Positions 1 through 14,800 of a DNA stretch of 64,000 bases are shown here, one piece after another; position 1 is the stretch's first letter, and each line of letters starts with the position of its first letter. This DNA is from Batkoa obscura. Taxonomy: Eukaryota. The stretch covers positions 124,001 through 188,000 of the forward strand of contig JASVEC010000016.1 in assembly GCA_030770535.1 (NCBI GenBank), in the 5' to 3' direction. A program made the translations under genes and the position numbers. The notes beneath the pieces were generated by a model. The model was not told the origin of the DNA, did not search any database, and saw nothing but the letters and a program-made list of their open reading frames with translations.

Positions 1-540
1 TCTAATCAAGTTTTATATTAATAGAATCATTGTATATTTGAAAATCGAAGGGTCGTATAAATCAAAGATCAGACTAGTTGAGACTGGATTAGAAGCACTT
101 TTAAAGTTTACATTATTTAGTTTTGGACTTATAATAAAACTTTCAAATGTGATGGAAACAAAATTCATTCTTTTATTGCATCAGCTAAAATCAGCAGAGA
201 TATATAAGATTTAATTAATTGGGGTAGGTCCCCTAGTCACCTTGAATTTAACCAAGATTAAATGTTGACAGTTAAAGATTTAACAGATAACTGTAAGCAA
301 TGAAAAGTAGATGAAGTTGGGCGTGGTTTTAATTCAAACTCAATAGTACATTTAGATAACAATATGAGAAAAAGTAGAAATAAAACTTTTATACAATACT
401 ATAGAATGATGTTAAATTGTAAAGTTATTAATTTAAAATCACAAATATTTGAAGTGGAGGATGTATGCACTATATCCACTTATCTTACTTCTAAGCTCAA
501 TGAAACAAAAACAAAAAAATGAACTTTATATTTATTAGGG

Positions 541-1900
541 GAATTTACACTAGTTTATCCATTGGCTTTATCCGTATTCAATATGATAATTCTACTGCCT
601 TCTTTAATGTCAAGATTAGATCGCCTGTATGTGACGAAAGAGGTTAAAGTGATACTATAGTTACTCGAAATAGTTGATGAACATTTACTTGAAGCCTTAA
701 CATTTTGAAGTGCAGAAAGATTTGAATATTTCGAAGATGGGTTTTTAAATTTAATTTCGGCTGTCCATGTCTTTTTGAACTTTACAGATCATAATGACCA
801 TCAGAGGGGATTTTGCTATACAACAATGTATGATACCAAAAAATTAGATGAACTTTGTAGAGCTTCACAATTATAGTTATTTTATCCTTTGTAGCTTTAT
901 CTCTGCAAATTATCGCGCTCTTGGGTTTAAAAGCAGAAATCATTCTTATAATACTGTGAATGCATTTTCTATAGGTGGTAAACTATTGGCAGATGCTATG
1001 GAGGCTATCCTGGAAGCTGCTTTATTATCAAGTGAAGAGAAATTAGGAATAAAATGTGCTCGAGCATTGGATATAATATGAAATGATTATGGAAATAAAG
1101 GCATTTTAAGAGGGCATATAATTGCTCGAAGTGATATTGTAAAACTTACTACACTACTTAGGTTTGATGTTAGCTATGTCCAATCTATAATTGGGTATGA
1201 ATTTACGCTTCCAGTACTTTTAATTGAAGCTTTTGAGTGTATTGACAATACAATATTTGTTCTATCTCAAAAACAGCTTGAATATTCAGGTGGTAAGGTA
1301 TTATACTGTTCTGTGGTATCGTGTATCTTTCATGATTTTCCAATTCAACAATCTGGTGGTCTTACTGAAATTAGAGGACACTTAGTGAAAAACGATGGTG
1401 TTTCATTATCAATAATGGTGACTTTGGGTCTCCATAACTTTACTATTTTTAAGGATAACATTACAATAGATAGATCTAGAGATAGTGATGTATCGTTACA
1501 GCTGTTGAACTCTGCATTGGCATCACTTTTGGGAGCTGTACTTATTGATTCAAAATTTAATTGGGAGCTATACAACAAATATCTAATATAATTGTGAAGT
1601 CTATTTATGATAATCCTTTTGAATCCAAATGCACTCACTCCAGGTCCAGCACTTCCTCTTTATCCGTATATGGAAAGAAAAGGGTGTATCGGATTAATCC
1701 AACAGTTTGCTATTACAACAAAAACCAATGCTACATAAATGGTACTTTAAATTATTATGATTCATAGTCATATTATTTCTAGTAAAAGAAGAGAAAACCA
1801 ACAAGATATCAAAAATGATGCGGTGATAGCTCTGATTGATAAAATCAACACAAGAGAATTATTACTTGGACACTTATATACTTATTCTCAAGGAGATTTT
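541..1900 (+). pseudogene. Decayed Dicer-like gene (connector helix, RNase IIIa and RNase IIIb remnants)
   Basis: Manual translation: 541 EFTLVYPLALSVFNMIILLPSLMSRLDRL (connector-helix-like); 661 LLEALTF*SAERFEYFEDGFL; GGKLLADAMEAILEAALLS (RNase IIIa); IIGYEFTLPVLLIEAF...KQLEYSGGKVL and LASLLGAVLIDSKFNW (RNase IIIb). In-frame stops and frame changes. Limits approximate; probably extends further 5'. Confidence 0.8.
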
Positions 1901-2413
1901 ATCTGAGAAAAGAAAAGCTTTAACAATAAAGTTTGCAACCTAATGAAAGTCTATCAGGTGTTCAATTATACGCTTTATTGATTTACGTACTAATAGTACA
2001 TATTTATAGTTAGACTTATTTAAAACCTAAAATTTGAAATTTCATCCAGACTGAAGTTATCAAAATAGTTATACTACAGTTAAAAAATATTTATACTCAA
2101 ATTTTACTGATATATTAAATTATTATACTATTGAATTTTTAAACTTTGTGTAATAATTTTAACTTTATCTTGACATTATTATTTTACTATAAAAACAAAA
2201 TTTCCAGTACAATATCATAAAATTTAGCTTTTATTGTAGCTATTACAAGCTTTACTATATCTTTTATCTTATTTTAACACCATTAAAAGTTCTATTCGAG
2301 AAGTCTCAAGTGGCCGTTCTCTCCCATAGCTGTCATCTAAAATGACTGTAATTATTGACAAAGTTGCTCTTAATTTAGAACACAGTTGAATATAGATTCA
2401 TAAACCTGAATAT

Positions 2414-2512
2414 GGGAGTGTTTTTTTTGACTTCATTATTTTTTCCATTTTTTAAGCGCTATTTAAGTGGAAAATTTGTTAGTAAAATTCTTAAACATAA
2501 AAATACATCCCC
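2414..2512. mobile_element. MITE family copy 1 (99 bp)
   Basis: GGGAGTG...CATCCCC flanked by ATAT on both sides; the same sequence recurs 10 times in the window. Confidence 0.9.
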
Positions 2513-3059
2513 ATATATTCTTTCCAGCTTAATTTATGCAATTTGAAATTAAACAAGGATGGATCGGTGACCGTTTTAACCCTATCCGATTCAATCATTA
2601 TTTTGCCCACTACTTGGGATCACTTAATATCGTTTATATTATAAATTTTCCATTTATTTTCATCTTCTAATAAGCATTTGAGCATTTTTTTTCATCACTT
2701 GAAGTTTGAAAAAACCTTGAAAAGGGAATTTGGTTTAGTACTTTGTCCACTTTTTATGTAATAAAATGTAAAAAAATATTTTTTAAATAGTGAAATAAAG
2801 ATGTTTTCATATAATTAACTTTAATTAAAAACTAAACCTATCAATGATTTAATTTCTCACCCTTAATCTTTATACCTTCCTCTCACCACTATCCATTTAT
2901 TATTCAGGTTATTGTCTGACTGTCTTTGCCTTTAATAATAAAAGCATTTGAGATATTTCTCTCCAAGGTTTTGAAAAGAATTTAAAAATCGTCACAAAAA
3001 CCACATCAATTTTCAATTCATTTACTTTTTTCAATCATAAAACTAAACTTTCATTAAAA

Positions 3060-4934
3060 ATGAAAGATTGCGACAATATCCAGTTAGCAGATAAGATAGC
3101 ACAATGTTGTATCGAGAAATACAATTCATTAGCTGGGAACGGTAAACCTAAAAAAAGCAAAACTCATCAAGAATTTACAATATTAGCTGGTTTTGCATTA
3201 GAAAAATTAGAAGGTAAAAAAGAGAAAGAATTTTTGAAATTCAAGACTAATTTTAAAAGGTGATGAATCGAGGTTTGAATGTGTTTCTTTAGGGTAAAAA
3301 TTTATTTTTATAACAATGAAATTAATTTAATAGATATAACAGAACTGGAGTTAAATGTTTATCAGAAAGTAAAATTGTATTTGATGGCACTTGTTTAAAC
3401 GATAGCCATGCTGAAGTTTTAGCTAAAAGAGGGTTGATGAAGTAAGCGTTAAGTTTTTATTTAAAAGGTTTTGGATTAAAATTTAGGTTTTTATGGGATC
3501 AATTAGAACTAAGTTTTTTAGAAGAATCAGAATTTTTCGATAAATGTATAGTTGATGAAGAGATCAAATTGAAATTTAAAGAAGATGTAAGGTTACATTT
3601 TTATATCAGTCAAGCACCATGTAAAGATTATCACATTTTAAGTATGATGGCTCGAATTAATATTATTCTAGGTGGTGATGGTTCTATGGAAGAGTTGGAT
3701 AAAAAGACATTGGATAAAGTGATAGATAAACCAGTAAAAAAACAAAAGATTGATAATCAAAGTAATCTAATTCGTGGTAGAAATAACTTTGATCGCCTTG
3801 GGGCTATTAGAACAAAGCCAGGTAGTTTTACTTATCTATATGAACTTCATTTGCTTTAGATTGTTGCATTTAATCTATATTTAGATAGTATAATTGAAGT
3901 TACAAGTTAAACTTAATTGTATTATTTAGGTCGAATGGATTCTGAGCCCACTTCTTGTATGTCATGCAGGTAATTTTAACTTGTATTTATAATTTTATTA
4001 ATTCTTTATTTAAAAGTGATAAAATAGCCAAATGGAATACATTGGGCTATCAAGGCAGTTTGTTATCAGATTTTGTATTGCCTATTTTTCCAATTACTAT
4101 AGTAGTAGGCGAATTATTTAATCCCGTTAGTTTAAAGCGGGCCTTGATTGATAGAATTGAAGGTATTAAAGGTAAGGTATTTTAGTTTTATTTTACCATG
4201 TTTTCTTACTGAACAATATCAATTAATAGATGATAATTACATCAATTATAACGTTCCAAAAATTTTACACACATCCTTTAATTTTAAGTTTGGTAAATAT
4301 TATTTATTGAATAAAAATGGAGATGATATAATTATAAAGCCAAGTGAAGTGGCATTGAGTTGGGTAGAAAATAGAACAGCCGATTTGAATAATAAAGCTA
4401 ATAGTGAAAGGATGGTAGAAATATTAGTTAATGGAAGGAAACAAGGTGCAGCTATCAATAAAAAGAGTGGTAAATATTCATTAAAAACTAGGTTAGCTAA
4501 GATAAAACACAATTAAATAAAATATATGATTTTGATTTAATTTAATTTTTTGTATAGATCTAATCTATGTAAAGCTATCTTTTTTGATAAGTATTTGCAG
4601 AATTTGAAGGCATTGCAGAAGGTAAAATTTAATGAAAATAAAGGTAACAATAATTCAATTTAGAATTGTTAAAGTATGTTCCTAATTATTGTTTTTAGAG
4701 ATTTTAGTAAACTCTAAAAATAATGAAACTGGATATTATATAACTAAAGCTAATTATGAAAGTGAAAGAAAAAAATCATATGCAGAGATTAAACGTGATA
4801 TTGAAAATAAGCAAGGATTAAAATCGATTTATGAAAAAAGAAGGACTAAATTTTTTAAATGCTCACCATTTGATGAATGGAAGTTTACTGGGGAAAATCA
4901 AATGGAGTATAATAAGTTTATGATAGAGGAATAA
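3060..4934 (+). CDS. TAD1: tRNA-specific adenosine deaminase (ADAT1/Tad1 type), multi-exon
   Basis: Spliced motifs SLGTGVKC, NDSHAEVLAKRG, HFYISQAPCGDGS, RTKPGRMDS, MSCSDKIAKWNTLGYQGSLLS; no dsRBD; GT-AG introns. Confidence 0.85.
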
Positions 4935-5469
4935 AAATGGGATAGATACAGATTTTAAATTAAAAGTTTTATGAAATAATTATAAATAGTAATTTCGAGG
5001 TTTTTTTTTAGCTTTTTTAAATTTGTATGCGATTGTAATCGTGGTTTAGGTTACTTAAGATTAACAGAATGTACGATAGTTATATTCATTCAAGTGATTT
5101 ATTTTGCAGAGAGTTGGGTAACATAAAGAAGTTAGTTTAGTAAAAGTAGTACATTAATTTTGAATTTTTTTTTGTTATTAATCTTATCATAAAATATACT
5201 GTTTTAATATTTAGTATGCAATAATGAATTTAAATACATAAATTATTATCATTGTTATAATATTAGTCAATTTCTATTAAAGCATAAAAATCTATAAATA
5301 ACCTTTTTATTATGTTCGCAGCATTATCAACTGAGCACTTATTCAAATAAAAAAGTTCACTAAACTTTGCAGTTCAAAAAAACTACGTATAAAAAAATTT
5401 TAGTATAAAAGATATTTCTCACCTTCAACATTTTTAAGATAAACAATAAAAAACAGGTTTTTATACAAA

Positions 5470-8400
5470 ATGCGACCAAAAATCTCGAATCTACTCCGTT
5501 GTTTACAAGTGGAACCTGGTTTTCCAGATAGTCGTTCCTATCAATCTTTCATAGATCAACAAAAGCAAGATTTTTTAAACTTGAACTTATTTCAAGATGA
5601 TATTCAACAGGAGGCTTTTCCAGAACAATACTATGGTTGCGATTTAGAAATGAATATAGATGAAGACATCGTTCATGATACTCAAGAGTATTCATTGGAT
5701 ACTTATTATCCAACTCAAAATTATCAACAACAAGAGGATGACAATTCAGCCCATGACATTGAATGGTTACTAAAGGAAACTGATAAAATTGCCATTAATA
5801 CTGGCTTAAATTCCGATAATTTATTTGATTCTATTGTCAAAATAATACTCAGTAACAAGGATAGTGCTGAAATACAAAATGAGTTATTAGACCTTGTTGG
5901 TTATGATAGTTTTGAGTTTCTTACTGAACTGATTAGTTATCAAAAAGAACTAAGACAGGCGATTGGGAAAGAGGTAAAACAATCAATGTATAAAAATTAA
6001 TGTTTATTTTAGTAAATTTTTATATTAGCTTAATAAACCTACAGAAGAAGAAGAGTTTCATAACCGTCGTATGAAGGAATTAAATAAAAACACAAAAGCA
6101 ATGTACGGAAACCAAGTCACTGTTATGTTTGAATCAGAAAAAAATCAAATGAAACAATATCGCAAAGAAGTTAAAAAGAGTAATAAAAATACCATTGGAA
6201 AATTGGATGATAAAGAAGTAAGTTTAAATCCTAGTGAATTAAAAAGGTTAAGAGAAGAAGCATTAAGAAAAGGACCTAGTTGTAAAGGTAATAATTATGA
6301 TGGGTTTGAACAAGTAAGTTTTGTAATTGTTAAATACGTTAATAATTTATCAATGATTTTAAAAAAAAGGAAAAAGAAGAATCGTATCCAAATGTATTTA
6401 AAGAAGGTAATTCAAGCCAAAACTCACTATCTATTTATGGTACCAAATATCATCTACCGGTGGGTACTATTCGTGTTTCTGGTGAATATTATGATGAAAT
6501 TACAATACCAATTAAACCTAGAGCACCTACAAGAACCAGCGAAAAAACAATTTATTTAGAAGACATGGATTCTTTATGTAAGGAAACATTTAAAGTAAGT
6601 TAAATATTAATATATATTTTTAATTTGTTTAAGTTTGATTTTAGAAATACACTTCGTTAAATCGAGTCCAATCTATTGTTTATCCAATTGCTTATAAAAC
6701 TAATGAAAATATGCTATTATGTGCCCCAACGGGTGCTGGTAAAACAGATGTAGCTATGTTAACAATTTTACGTACCTTATATGCACATTGTACCCCAACG
6801 CCAACAAAAGATAATTTGAATCAATTAAAGATTAATAAATCAGCATTTAAAATAGTTTATGTAGCTCCAATGAAAGCATTAGCAACTGAAATAGTAACTA
6901 AAATGGGAACGAGACTCAAATGGTTAGGTATTCAAGTAAGAGAATTAACTGGAGATATGCAATTGACTAAAGATGAAATATTAAAAACCCAAATTATTGT
7001 TACTACACCTGAAAAATGGGATGTTGTTACGAGAAAAGGGACTGGAGATTTAGAATTGGTTCAAAAATTAAAACTATTAGTTATTGATGAAGTTCATTTA
7101 TTACATGATGATCGTGGTTCGGTTATTGAAAGTATAGTAGCACGTACATTGAGACAAGTGGAATCAACTCAATCTATGATAAGAATTGTTGGGTTGTCAG
7201 CTACATTACCAAATTATGTGGATGTATCTAAATTTTTAAAAGTAAATCCATATAAAGGTTTATTCTTTTTTGATGGGGGTTTTCGTCCTGTTCCACTTGA
7301 ACAACATTTCCTAGGTGTCAGAGGGAAACCTGGAACTCCAATTTCTAATTTAAATTTAGATCGAGCTTGTTTTGAAAAAGTAGAAGCTTTATTAAGTGAA
7401 GGACATCAAGTTATGGTCTTTGTTCATACTAGAAAAGAAACAGTAAGAGTAGCTAAAACTTTAATTCAAATGGCAGCTGAAAATGGAGTTCCAGATTTAT
7501 TCTCAATTAAGGAAGAAGATTTAGAAGTTCATTCAAATTACTCAAGAGAAGTATCTAAATCCCGTAATAATCAATTAAAAGAATTATTCAAAAATGGAGT
7601 TGGAGCTCATCATGCTGGTATGTTAAGAAGTGATAGATTATTAACTGAAAAAATGTTTGCAGATGGTGCCTTAAAACTGCTATGTTGTACAGCTACTTTA
7701 GCTTGGGGTGTTAATTTACCAGCTTATGCAGTTGTCATTCGTGGTACTCAAGTTTACGATGCCCAAAAAGGTTCGTTTGTAGATTTATCCATTTTAGATG
7801 TGTTACAAATTTTTGGTCGTGCAGGTCGACCACAATATGAGGATCAAGGGGTTGGTTATATCTTAACAACTGGTGATAAATTATCTCATTTTGTATCGGC
7901 TATTACTCAACAACATCCAATTGAATCGAATTTTATTAATAATATTATTGATAATTTATGTGCTGAAATATGTTTAGGTACTGTAGCTAATATTGATGAA
8001 GCAGTGACTTGGTTAAGTTATACTTTTTTATATATTCGTATGCAAAGAAATCCAATGATTTATGGCATTACTTATCAAGAGGCATTTAATGACCCATATT
8101 TAGGTAAAAAAAGACATAGTTTGATTGTGGCTGCTGCTAAATCATTACAACAAAATAATATGATTTATTTTGATGTTGAAACAGGATTTATGTCACCAAG
8201 AGATTTAGGACGCATATCTTCCTTATTTTATGTTAGTTTTAATTCAATGGATATTTTATGTTCTAAAATGAAATTACGTATGGGAGAATTAGATTGTTTT
8301 GAAATGGTAGCTTGTAGTAAGGAATTTGAAAATATTAAAGTACGAGAAAACGAGACAAATGAATTAAATAAATTAATGTATGAAATGGCTGCTTGTCCCT

Positions 8401-11400
8401 TAAAAAATGGAATTAATAATTCAGCAGATAAAGTGAATTTATTAATGCAAACTTATATTTCTAAAGGTTATCCAGAAGATTTTGCATTGATTTCAGATTT
8501 ATATTATGTATCTCAAAATGCAGCACGAATTTTTCGTTCTACTTTTGAAGTAGCATTAAATAGAAATTGGGGTAATACAGCTTATATATTATTATCATTA
8601 TGTAAATCTATTGAACATCAAATGTGGTCATTCGAACATCCATTAGCTCAATTTCAATTATCAGAAGCAGTAAGAATGAAATTAGAACAATCAACAGAGG
8701 AATTAAGTATTAATGAATTACGTAAACTAGATGCTAAACAAATTGGAGAATTAATCAACTTTGAAAGATTAGGACCCACATTATATAAACATATTAATGA
8801 ATTTCCATTAGTTAATTTAAATGTGATTGTACAACCATTAATCAAAACAGTATTAAAGATAACAATTCAAATTCAAGCTGATTTTAAATGGAATGATAGA
8901 ATTCATGGTAATACAGAAGCTTATTGGATTTGGATTGAAGATCAAAGTCAATTGGAATTATATTTCAGTGAAAAGATATTATTAAAAAAAATAACAATCA
9001 ATGATCCCATAATATTAGAAGTTAATATACCAGCATTAGATCCATTACCAGATAAAATTTATGTAAGAGCAATATCTGATCGATGGTTAGGTTCAGAAAC
9101 GTTAATTGAAGTTTCATTAAATAATTTAATATTACCTCAATTATCTAGTATTTACACTAATTTATTAGACACTCAATTATTATCAATAAGTGCATTAAAC
9201 AATCCTATATTAGAAGAATATTATTCATTACAATTCAATTATTTTAATCCAATACAGACACATTGTTTTTATTCCTTTTATAAAGATTTAGATAATGTAT
9301 TTTTAGCTACACCAATTAATTCAGGGGAAAACATATTAATGGAATTAGCTATTTTCAATTCATTTCAACAAAACCCAAATAGTAAAATAGTATATATTAA
9401 TTCAAATAAACAATTTTTAAGTCAAAGAAAACAGCAATTTAATAATTTATTTAACAATTTATTAAATAAAAAAGTAATCGAATTAACTGGGTCATTAATT
9501 CATGATTTTAAAGCAGTTAATTTTAACGATATTATATTAACAACACCTGAAGACTATAATAATTTAATTAAAGATAAATATAAATTAAAAGGATTTCAAC
9601 AAATTAATTTAATTTTATTAGATCAATTACATTTATTAGATCAATTAAATGGACATTTAATTGAAATTATTATATCACGTATAAAATATCAAAATCAACA
9701 AACTCAACAGAATATTCGAATAATTGGCTTATCTTCTCCATTATCTAATTCAATTGATTTTTTAAAATGGTTGAATATAAAAAATAACAATTTCTTTAAC
9801 TTCCGACCTTCAGTAAGACCAATTCCGCTAGAATTAAATATAACTGGATTTCCAGGTAATCAATATTTATCTAGAATGGCAAGTATGAATCGACCTATTT
9901 ATAAGGAAATCCAAGTTTATTCAAAAGAACAATCAACAATTGTATTTGTATCTTCAAGAAAACAAGGATTATTAACAGCTAAAGATTTAATTGCGTTTTG
10001 TGGATTAGAAGAAAATCCGAGACAATTTTTAAATCTAAGTGAAATTGAATTTGATTTATTAACCAATCAAATTTCAGATAAAAGTTTGAAGTTAACTTTA
10101 AGTTTTGGAATTGGTTTGTATCATACTGGATTAACTAAAAAAGATTTAAAATTAGTTGAAGAATTATTTAATAATAATATAATTAAAGTGTTAATCTCAA
10201 CTTATCAAATGACAGATCAAATGCAATTTGGTACTAAATTAGTGATCATTAAAGGTACCGAATATTTTAATACTAATTTAAGGGGATATAAAGATCATTC
10301 AATTTCTACAATATTAAAAATGATGAGTAAAGCAGGTAGAAATAATATAGATTATTCAGCTAAAACATCTATATTTGTTTATAATCGAAAAGTTGAATTT
10401 TATAGAAAGTTTTTAAATGAACCTTTTCCAATTGAATCTATATTAAATAAACAATTGATTGATCTATTTAATGGGGAAATTGCTAGTAAAATTATCAAAA
10501 ATAAGAAACAAGCAATGGAATATTTAAAGAATACTTTTCTCTATCAAAGAGTAATAGAAAATCCAGCTTATTATGGGATTAAAGATAAGGATACTAAGAC
10601 TATTGAAGAATATTTATTACAACTAATTAATAAAACAGTAGATGAATTAATTTACTTAAAATGTTTAGATAAAAGTAAAGATGATTCATTAGTTTCAAGT
10701 AAATTAGGAAAAATAGCTTCAATTTATTCAATATCTTGTCAAACAATGAATAATATTTTTAATATATTAAAAAAAATGAATTTTGAATTATTATTTACAA
10801 CAATATGTTCAGTCAAAGAATTTAATAATTATGAAATTAAATTTAATGAAGAAAAGTATTATGAAGAAATTAAAAATCAATTACCATTAAGTTTATTAAA
10901 TAAGGATTCCTCTCAAGCTTATTATAAAGTATTGAATTTATTACAGATTCATATGACTAATAGAGATCTACCTGATGTTGAAGTTCAAATGGAATTAAAA
11001 CAAATAATTTTAAAAACATTAAATATTTTAGAAGCTACATTAGAATTATGTTTGAATTCTAATAATCTTAAAGCAGTATTAATTACAATTCAATTGATTC
11101 AAGGGATTAATGAAGCTCAATGGCCACAAATGAATTCATTAGATAGAATCAAGCAATTAAAAGGGAATGAACTATTAAATAAATTGAGTAAATTGGAAAC
11201 TCCAGTGAATGAATTAAAGGATTTGTTATATCTAAAAGAGAGAAAGAATATATTATTAAATCAATTAAAAATCAACAAACAAAAAGTAGAACAAATTGAA
11301 AATCAATTGATAGAATATCCAATAGTTCAAATGAATAATAAGATTGTATTACAAGGTAATAAATACTCCATTAATCAAACAATAATGTTAGAGATTATAT

Positions 11401-11699
11401 TCAATGTTATTATAAATAATAATATTAATATTAATAACATAAATAAAAATTGGTATGTTTTATTAGTAGATGAAAATAAGAATCAAGTTATTGCGAATAA
11501 AAAAGTAACAATGATAACAATTAACTATAATAATAATAAAGGAAATGGAAATAATAATAGAAAACAATTTGAAGTAGCGACTAAATTAGAATTTATTACA
11601 CCTAATCAATTAGGAGACTATAATTATAAACTTATGTTATTACCTCAAGGTTATTGTGATGTTAATGTTAATTTTGATTTTAAATTTATTATTGAATAA
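5470..11699 (+). CDS. SLH1: Ski2-like tandem-cassette helicase Slh1/Rqt2/ASCC3, multi-exon
   Basis: CAPTGAGKT, DEVH, SATLPNY, QIFGRAGRPQ, two helicase/Sec63 cassettes; N-terminal ELLDLVGYDSFEFLTEL segment. Confidence 0.9.
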
Positions 11700-11846
11700 A
11701 TAATAAAATAAAAGATATAAGTTTATTTTTCAATAAAAATTTATTTTAAAAAAAACATGATTTTTTAAACTTTATTATAATATAATTTTAAAATTTAAAA
11801 TAAAAAAAAACTATAATAATTGAAACTAAGATATAATTAAAAGATA

Positions 11847-14800
11847 TTAAGATTTAAGTATATCATTCACCGCATTATAAAATAAAGGGATTAAATGGAT
11901 CGAATTAGAACCAAGGGAACCTGTATTAGGTACTAATTTAATAGCTAAATTACAATTAGTAGCACCAACCCCTTCAAATGTCAATTCCAATAGAAACAAT
12001 GTATTATCATCCAGTGTACATGAAATAAACATATAAGTCTATAATAAAAATAAAAATATTATTATATTAATAAATCAAAATTAAAATTTTATATTAAATA
12101 TTTACCTTATTATTAATATTTCTATCGGCCACTGTAAATACATTATTTTTATGTAATTTATTTCTTAACCATTCAGTACTTGGTATTGGTTTAATGTTTG
12201 TTACACTTTGTTTAACTTCTTGATTGGAATCAATATTCCTCCAATAAGATAAATAATCTTTTTGATCTAAACCTCCTTGTTCATTAAATAATAAATGTAA
12301 GGGTATATCTGTTTGGGAATAAAATACACCAAGATTGGATTTAAATGCTAATTGTAATGAATTTAATGGGGAAGTTAATGAGATGGAATTGTTGTAATTT
12401 AATTCAATTGTTGTTGTATGACTTTGATTAGGTGCTAATATAGGTACTTGTAAATTATCAGGTGATAAACCGAACCTAAATTCAAAATTAATACATTAAT
12501 TTTAAATTAATACTTAAATAGAAATAAGCTTACGTGTTAGTATTAAATTGAATAGCAAAATCCATTAATTGTTTTTGACTACGATTAACAAATTGTAATG
12601 ACATTTGTTTTTTTCCAGTAATACGACCAAAAGTACCATGAATTTCTAATCCTTGACTAGTTTGTTGATCAACTAATAATGTTTTGGCAGGTATATAAGT
12701 ATCATCTAATTAAAAAAAATTAATGTTTTGTTCCAATTCATATATATATACTATAGTAAAATAAATCTTACTTAATTGTAACTGATTCATACTATCTGAG
12801 AGATTAATTGAATTAATATTTGATTCTGAAAAGGTAGGACTTAAAGGCGATTGAGCGCCCGAATGGAACATGGAATTAGTATTAGTATCTAAAAGTATTA
12901 AAATTAATTGTGGGAATAAATTATACTTCATAAATTATTCTAATTACCATGTAATAAATTCCCAGAATTATTGTTGGAACTAGAATTCCCAAATGAATTA
13001 TTTGAGTTATTATTATTAAACCCTATATTTCCAAAGATTGAAGTTTCATTAGAGGGGTTATAAGTACCAGTACTATTGTTGTTGAAATTCATTTGATTCG
13101 AAGTGGAATTATTTTGGTTTTGAAACATATTTGAATTGGTGTTGTTTATATTATTAAATGTATTATTTGCTTGATTAGATGAATTAAATGAAGTATTCAT
13201 ACTACCAAGTACATTATTACTACTATTATTAAAACTCATGTTTTGTTGAGATTGATTAGCAAAATAATCGGATGAATTAGCCATTGGGAAAGGGGAATCC
13301 ATTTGTTGACCAAACTGAATGGAATCATTATTATTGTTGAAATTAAAAATAGATTGTACATTTGGATAACTATTATTATTACTTGATTGTTGTCTAGAAG
13401 AATCATAATAACTACTTGAATTATTAATAGAGCCATTCATACTTTGATTCAATAACCCAGATTCAAATACAATATTACTATCTGCCATTTCTCCATTCCC
13501 AAAATCAGTAGTACTATTTACTTGTCCCATAGCAGAGGCAAAATCACCAGAATCTAAATCTAATAAATTCACTATTTGACCTTCATTTACTGGAGCTACA
13601 TCATTCACATAAGCATTATTAAAGAAACCCCCATCAAAAGGTGCGTTATTTTCATCACCAAAACCATTGGTTGTGATAGATCTATAAAATAAATGACCAA
13701 TTAAAACCCAATTATATTGAACAAATTCTACTTACTTATTATTATTATTACTATTATTGTTATCTTCTATAGTAGATTCGGATTGAGATGGAATCATGCA
13801 ATGTAATACTTTTGAATCAATCAAAAATCGAGGTTTTGATCCAGGAATAAAAGTGGATGGTATTTTATGATAAACAGAAGCTAATGAAGAAATGTGTAAT
13901 AATAATTCATCTAATAATGCAATTTCTATATTCTCTGTTTCCGTAGAAATATCCGGCTTTTCACTTAATACAACAGCCTATTAATAATATTAATTAATAT
14001 GTTAATAAAATACTTGTTGGTATTAATTTTTATACTAAATTTTACTTTAGCTGCTGATGGATCAGCTGATAATAACCTCCAATAAATATATCCCCGATCT
14101 CTAAGATCCGGATTATCTACTTCCTCTGTTGCCCATTTAAGTATCTTTGGTACTAATTCTTGACCAACAGTAGGTCTTTTAATAAATAATTTAACTACTG
14201 CTGTTAATAATGATAATTGCACCTATTTAATATAAAATATTAATGTTAATTTAACTTAAGTTAGTAATAATAATAATTAATAATAAAGTTTACTTACTTC
14301 TGGTTGTTCTTCTAAAAAAGAATCCATAAAGCCTTCTAAAATTTCATCGGAATTATCAATACGATCAGCATATTGACCAATAATCCAAATCATTGCTGCT
14401 TTGGCTTCAGGTTCATCTAAAGAATCTAAATTTTCGCATAATTTACCGATAATACCCTCATATTTATTAGGATATTTACGGAAAATATCCTAAAAGATCC
14501 AATATTTAATATTATTTAAATTTAAATCATATTAAATCGCTTACCTTAATAACAACAATACCTTCTTGTACTACATAATTAACTTTAGTTTGAATTAATT
14601 CTAATAACGCAGATATACAGCGTTGAGTTGAAGTTGGTATTTTAATAGCTAATCGACCAATAGCACGAACCGATTTACGAACAAAATCAACATCTACTTC
14701 AGAAGCATATCTAAATAGATTAACTAGATTAATGAATTACTATTATAAAAAAAACAATTACTCTACAAGTTCATTTAATACTTGACCAACATTAGCTGAA

